Assembly: GCA_963664195.1 (NCBI GenBank)
Contig: OY760907.1
Coordinates: 1,376,001 to 1,440,000 of the forward strand
DNA length: 64,000 nucleotides
Origin: an uncultured candidate division Zixibacteria bacterium
GTDB lineage: Bacteria > Zixibacteria > MSB-5A5 > GN15 > FEB-12
Direction: 5' to 3'
Under the pieces are notes generated by a model, which was not told the DNA's origin, ran no database searches, and worked only from the letters and a program-made list of their open reading frames with translations. The number at the start of each line of letters is the position of its first letter. Positions within the stretch are counted from its first letter, which is position 1. Below are positions 59,341-64,000 of the stretch, piece by piece. The position numbers were made by a program, and so were the translations under genes.

Positions 59341-60602
59341 GCAGGCGGGAAGTCAGTCCCTGGGGCTGCACCCGACTCCTTCCGACAATTCTTGATCCCC
59401 AGAATAATCGCTCCCGCCCCGGTAATCGCCACCAGCCAGAACAACCAGGCTCCCGCATAAGGGATGGCGTAGACCACCGACAGGATGGCCAGACCGATCA
59501 AGAGCGACATCGCTTTCAGACTCCTGACTCCCTTATTGCCCATGCGCATGATCATGTATCCCAGGACAAACCCCACCACAATCTTTCCGGAGTACAGCAT
59601 CACGCCGCCTGTAACGGAGGCGAAGCTGGAAATCGGGATCATCACCGTCGACAGGATCAGCACGAACGATCCTCCGAATGTGTGGCCTTCGCCGAGCAGA
59701 AGAGTGCCGATCAACATAGTTATGAGGCTCACCGCCAGCACTAGTATACACAGAATCAGAACGGCGATGCCGAGAAGGCCGGAGGCAAACGAGACTGAGG
59801 CGCGGCTGAAAAGCTGATGGACGGCTTCTTCGGCATAAGGACGGAACAGGCGAACCACTATAATACCGAAAAGAAACGCCGCCAGGACACCGGAGACCTC
59901 GACCGCTATCTGGGCCGCGATGTTAGGTTCTTCCTCGGACTGTTCCGGCAGCCTCCAGGTAACGTCCCCGACCACCGTGCCGCCTTCGAGTATCTTCAGG
60001 CTGGTGGAGTCTTCTGACACATAGACAAGATTGCCTCTAATGATCGCTGAGGGAGCGACTGTCACTCCTGCCGCCTCGACTGTTACGTCGCCTTCAATGA
60101 GTCCGGATATCCTGGCAGTTGCTGCCGCGCAGTCGACGTTTCCTTTGATGATGCCGTCGAAATGCATGTTGTTGCCGACCACGGCAACATCTCGTTCGAT
60201 CACTGCCCCCTTGTTCATGCTCATCTCGCTGCAGAATCCCAGGAGCGAATGACCGATTGAGCCGTTAATCGTGAGTCTTTCGCAGGCGGCACGAAGAGAA
60301 CCTTCGATTCGTCCGGAATGATTGAGTACGCGCCCTGCCAGGTTGGCCGAACCGCTGACCACGCCCGTAAGCTCGACATTGTAACAGCCGACGCTCAGGT
60401 CGCCGATGATGGTGCCGTCGACCGTGAGATTTTCGCAACCGATATAGATGTCGTCTTCAATTCGGTGCAGGTTGGTGATATGGATATCTTTGCCGCTGCG
60501 ATAGATAGACCCCTGCACGGAACTTCCGAATACGCAGCCGAGCACGAGGGCCGCTACGGCGATAGACAGTAATCTGTATGTAATCCTGGCTCGGGTATTC
60601 AT
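59334..60602 (-). CDS. Bactofilin-like beta-helix repeat protein with C-terminal multi-pass membrane domain
   Basis: Signal peptide; repeated (I/V)xGx(I/V)xGD units; about 6 TMs ending IPYAG. Confidence 0.8.
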   Translation of the reverse strand: MNTRARITYRLLSIAVAALVLGCVFGSSVQGSIYRSGKDIHITNLHRIEDDIYIGCENLTVDGTIIGDLSVGCYNVELTGVVSGSANLAGRVLNHSGRIEGSLRAACERLTINGSIGHSLLGFCSEMSMNKGAVIERDVAVVGNNMHFDGIIKGNVDCAAATARISGLIEGDVTVEAAGVTVAPSAIIRGNLVYVSEDSTSLKILEGGTVVGDVTWRLPEQSEEEPNIAAQIAVEVSGVLAAFLFGIIVVRLFRPYAEEAVHQLFSRASVSFASGLLGIAVLILCILVLAVSLITMLIGTLLLGEGHTFGGSFVLILSTVMIPISSFASVTGGVMLYSGKIVVGFVLGYMIMRMGNKGVRSLKAMSLLIGLAILSVVYAIPYAGAWLFWLVAITGAGAIILGIKNCRKESGAAPGTDFPPAQ

Positions 60603-60791
60603 AATCGCAAACCTGCTTTTCTCTCTGTCTCTTTACGAGTTTCCCATCAGGCAAGTTGCCGAACAGGGGGAAAAAAGGCAACCTAAAACACTGCCAGGCA
60701 TAAGGCTAATCCACTTGCCCGAAACGTACTTTTTGTGCTTTTTGCTACTGTGTGATCGTTATTGTGTTGAACGTACACGGGGAGTTGGTGT

Positions 60792-62540
60792 ATGAACGTT
60801 CTTATTCTGCTGTCGGGGGCGATGGTTTGTTTTTTGATGGCCTTTCGTTTCTACGGCCGGTTTGTGGCCCGGGCGATCGGTGAGGACAAGAATCGTCCTA
60901 CGCCCGCGGTGGAAATTAACGACGGCAAGGACTACGTTCCCACGCGGCCGTCGGTGTTATTCGCGCATCATTACTCGACAATTGCCGGAGCCGGTCCGAT
61001 AGTGGGTCCGACGCTGGGTATCCTGTACGGTATCGGTCCCGCGTGGCTGTGGGTGGTGATCGGGGCGATCTTTTTCGGGGCGGTGCATGACTTCACGGCA
61101 CTGTTTGCCTCGGTGCGGGAGCGCGGATGTTCCATGGCGGAGATCGCCAGGAAGGCGCTTGGCCCGACCGGCTTCCTTCTGTTTATTGTGTTCACGATTA
61201 TCCTGATTATTCTCGTGACATCGGCTTTTCTGTCACTGACGGCGATATCACTGACTTCAACAATGCCGCTGGCGGATTTTGGGCTGGATGAATCCCAGAC
61301 TCTTCTGCGTACTGAAGTTATCAATGGCCAGACCTATGGCGTGATAGGCGGTATCGCCTCGACCTCGGTCATCGTGATCACGCTCATGGCCCCTCTGCTT
61401 GGTTATCTCGTCACGAAACGGAGCATCAAGACCTGGCTGGCGTACGCAATCGCAGCCGTCATCTGTTTTGGTTCGGTGTGGGTTGGATTTGATCTCCCGC
61501 TGCAATTGGCTCCCACCTACTGGATGATGGTGATTGCCGTTTACACTCTGTTCTCGTGCCAGGCGCCGGTCTGGCTGATCCTGCAACCACGCGACTTTGT
61601 AAACGTGCAGATACTCTATGCCGGTATGGTGATCATGTTCACCGCAGTGGTAATCGGCGGACTCAACGGGCTGTCGATTGACTACCCCATATCCAACGTC
61701 GCGGTAGGATCGGCGAAGATGGGGCCGGTCTGGCCGTTTTTGTTCATAACGATAGCCTGCGGGGCGATATCCGGTTTTCACTCACTGGTTGCGGGTGGAA
61801 CATCGTCGAAGCAACTCAGCAGTGAGAGTCAAGCGCGCACCATTGGTTACGGTGGCATGTTGCTGGAGGGGCTCCTTGCTATCTTGGTGCTGATCGCGAT
61901 TAGCTCCTCGCTATCGTACTCGGATTACATGTCGATTGCGTGGCCGGAAATCGGCAAAGGCAATCCGATTCTGGCCTTTGCCCTGTCGGTTGGCCACCTG
62001 CTTGAGAACACGGTTGGCATTTCGTTGGCGCTCGGTTCGGTGATCGGCATTCTTGTGGTTGAGGGTTTTCTCATCACGACGCTCGATTCAGCGGTGCGCC
62101 TAAACCGATACTTGTTCGAGGAACTGTGGCTTACGTTATTTTCGACGCCACCGGCTATTTTCAGGAAATTCTGGTTCAATTCCGGTCTCGCGGTTTTTTT
62201 CATGCTGTTACTGGCCTGGAATCAGGGATACAAACTGATCTGGCCTGTCTTCGGAGCAACAAATCAGCTTTTGGCTGCACTGACGTTGATTTCGGTGACG
62301 GTTTGGCTGTACAGAGCCGGAAAGCGGAGCTGGTTCACGCTGGTACCAGCTCTTGTGATGCTCGCAACTACAGTTGCTGCATTGACTTACTATCTCATTG
62401 TGCGATACTTGCCGTCTGGGAACCTCCTGATGGTGACTACTGATTTGATTCTGCTGGCTCTGGCTGTGGGGGTTATGTTCTTGTCCGCGAAGGCGTTTAT
62501 GCGATCAAGTGTGAAACGGGGGGCGTCTTTGCGTTCTTAA
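60792..62540 (+). CDS. cstA: Carbon starvation CstA-family transporter
   Basis: TPA..NDG.DYVP, IAGAGPIVGP, GAVHD, LQPRD, TIACGAISGFH, WPVFGATNQLLA. Confidence 0.95.
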   Translation: MNVLILLSGAMVCFLMAFRFYGRFVARAIGEDKNRPTPAVEINDGKDYVPTRPSVLFAHHYSTIAGAGPIVGPTLGILYGIGPAWLWVVIGAIFFGAVHDFTALFASVRERGCSMAEIARKALGPTGFLLFIVFTIILIILVTSAFLSLTAISLTSTMPLADFGLDESQTLLRTEVINGQTYGVIGGIASTSVIVITLMAPLLGYLVTKRSIKTWLAYAIAAVICFGSVWVGFDLPLQLAPTYWMMVIAVYTLFSCQAPVWLILQPRDFVNVQILYAGMVIMFTAVVIGGLNGLSIDYPISNVAVGSAKMGPVWPFLFITIACGAISGFHSLVAGGTSSKQLSSESQARTIGYGGMLLEGLLAILVLIAISSSLSYSDYMSIAWPEIGKGNPILAFALSVGHLLENTVGISLALGSVIGILVVEGFLITTLDSAVRLNRYLFEELWLTLFSTPPAIFRKFWFNSGLAVFFMLLLAWNQGYKLIWPVFGATNQLLAALTLISVTVWLYRAGKRSWFTLVPALVMLATTVAALTYYLIVRYLPSGNLLMVTTDLILLALAVGVMFLSAKAFMRSSVKRGASLRS

Positions 62541-62605
62541 GTTCCACTCCTGCAATAAATACTGGTGCTTTGCTACCGATAAGAATGCTATAGACTGGTA
62601 ACAAA

Positions 62606-64000
62606 ATGAAGCTGTTTCTAGACCGTAACAAAACCCTTCTGCCGCGGATCGATGTCATATTCCTGCTGACCAGGATTATGATATTTACGATCATCTGTTG
62701 GTTTGGGGTTTTTGGCGAGTACCAGTCAAAAGACACTACTCTGTTCATTATAGTCATCTCGACATACGGCATTCTCGTCGCTCTGTTCTTCGCCAGTATG
62801 AAGGGCAGGTTTGATCTGAAGCTGGCCTATTTCGGCTCGGTCTGTTACGATATGGTATTCCTGCCTTTGTTTGTGCTTTATACCGGGGGATTGGATTCAT
62901 CGTTCTACTTGCTGTTCTATCTAACCGTCTCGGTCGGCGCCTACGTGCTGACCTTCTGGTTTGCGTTTGGCGTTACGATGATCCTGTCACTGGCGTATGT
63001 CGGGACGATGTACAATCAACTGACAGTCGACGATCTCTTTAGTTTCTCAATCCGCCTTGGTTTCATGTGGGTTTGTTTTCTGGCGCTGTCATACGTGTCC
63101 GATTATATGCGACGCTCAGAGCGTCGGCTGCTGAAACTCTTCGACACGCTGAACCTGCGGACCTCGGAGCTTGAAAAATCTCAGGCCCAGCTTGAGATGA
63201 CGTACGAGAACACGCGTATTCTGGCAGGTATGCTCGATCCGGACAGTGTGGTCAAGGAGGTCGGGCGCATCATGGCCGAGACATTGCAGCATCGGTGCTA
63301 TGCAATCGTTCTGCGAGACGGCGAGAAGAACTACTACTACCGGGCCCGTTGTGTCGACGGATCTACCAGTTTTCATCTGAAGGCGCTGCGTGTTACGGGT
63401 GACGATTTGATTGCCAAGGTTGCGACCGGCGGCGAAGCGGTCCGTGTGCCTGACACGGCGACACGTGATGACTATCGGGCGTTGAGCGAGGACAGTCACT
63501 CTGCCCTGTTGGTGCCGATGACCTCTCACGGGCGTTCTTCGGGACTGCTGATTGTTGAGTCCCCCAAGCCCGGAGCGTTCAGAGAAAGAGATGAACAGCT
63601 TCTCGCAGTGGTGGCTCGTTCCGCCGGTATGGCCCTCGAGAACGCCGAGCTTCACAAACGGACCGAGGAGCTTTCCGTTATCGATGAGCTGACCGGCGCA
63701 TACAACTATCGCTACTTCGTTCAGAAACTCGAAGAAGAGAAGAAACGTGCTGTCCGCTATGATCTTCCGCTTTCGGTTATTATGGTCGATATCGACTGGT
63801 TCAAGAAACTGAATGACGGATACGGGCACGAGACGGGCAACGTGGTATTGAAATCACTGACGCGCACGATCAAGGAATGCGTGCGCGATGTTGATATATT
63901 CGCTCGCTACGGCGGCGAGGAGTTTGTGGTTATACTGCCACAGACACCCCAAAAGGAGGCATACCTGATCGGCGAGAGAATTCGTAATCAGGTCGAACAC
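62606..64000 (+). CDS. Membrane-bound GAF-GGDEF diguanylate cyclase, runs off window end (absent from ORF track)
   Basis: ATG 62606 MKLFLDRNK..., TM region, GAF, DELTG..N.R, DIDWFK..ND.YGH..G, RDVD I-site, ARYGGEEF at 63902-63925. Confidence 0.93.
   Translation, partial: MKLFLDRNKTLLPRIDVIFLLTRIMIFTIICWFGVFGEYQSKDTTLFIIVISTYGILVALFFASMKGRFDLKLAYFGSVCYDMVFLPLFVLYTGGLDSSFYLLFYLTVSVGAYVLTFWFAFGVTMILSLAYVGTMYNQLTVDDLFSFSIRLGFMWVCFLALSYVSDYMRRSERRLLKLFDTLNLRTSELEKSQAQLEMTYENTRILAGMLDPDSVVKEVGRIMAETLQHRCYAIVLRDGEKNYYYRARCVDGSTSFHLKALRVTGDDLIAKVATGGEAVRVPDTATRDDYRALSEDSHSALLVPMTSHGRSSGLLIVESPKPGAFRERDEQLLAVVARSAGMALENAELHKRTEELSVIDELTGAYNYRYFVQKLEEEKKRAVRYDLPLSVIMVDIDWFKKLNDGYGHETGNVVLKSLTRTIKECVRDVDIFARYGGEEFVVILPQTPQKEAYLIGERIRNQVEH

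Noticed and set aside
62555..62584. sigma28-like promoter before the diguanylate cyclase (ACCGATAA)
   Set aside because: The -35 element is too weak to support a call
63116..63829. 237-aa minus-strand ORF
   Set aside because: Antisense to the GAF-GGDEF gene that the ORF track missed because it has no stop in the window
1..64000. tRNA, rRNA, tmRNA, integrase or transposase genes
   Set aside because: None recognised by eye in intergenic regions or ORFs; a tRNAscan/Rfam run would be needed to exclude RNA genes fully

Overview
Chromosomal window from a diderm FCB-group bacterium. The dockerin-bearing and 'QNYPNPFNP...KMLLK' sorting-domain proteins are most like candidate phylum Zixibacteria (inference). 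1-17 kb is the origin-proximal housekeeping block: M24 peptidase, NUDIX, MurJ-like flippase, glycosyltransferase, rpmH-rnpA-yidD-yidC-mnmE-mnmG-rsmG-parA-parB, M23 peptidase, bactofilin, MoxR and DUF58. It has two parS palindromes and a DnaA-box cluster (candidate oriC) but no dnaA. 17-28 kb is an accessory patch: a REP-bounded cassette, a 14-repeat FG-GAP protein, a gene relic, a higBA-ImmA/IrrE module, FprA, a small-protein/V4R operon with sigma28-like promoters, and a probable pseudo-hydrolase. The higB toxin gene is split at a G_GGA_AAG -1 slippery heptamer. 29-55 kb holds eight co-oriented, very acidic secreted proteins built from cohesin-like, dockerin-like, tandem Ig/cadherin-like and T9SS/FlgD-like C-terminal domains. 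They have no recognisable enzymes and form a candidate cellulosome-like surface scaffold, the top candidate novel system. The window ends with a GH35/42-like gene, ggt, a membrane bactofilin-repeat gene, cstA and a truncated GAF-GGDEF cyclase. All calls come from reading the sequence by eye; no searches were run.
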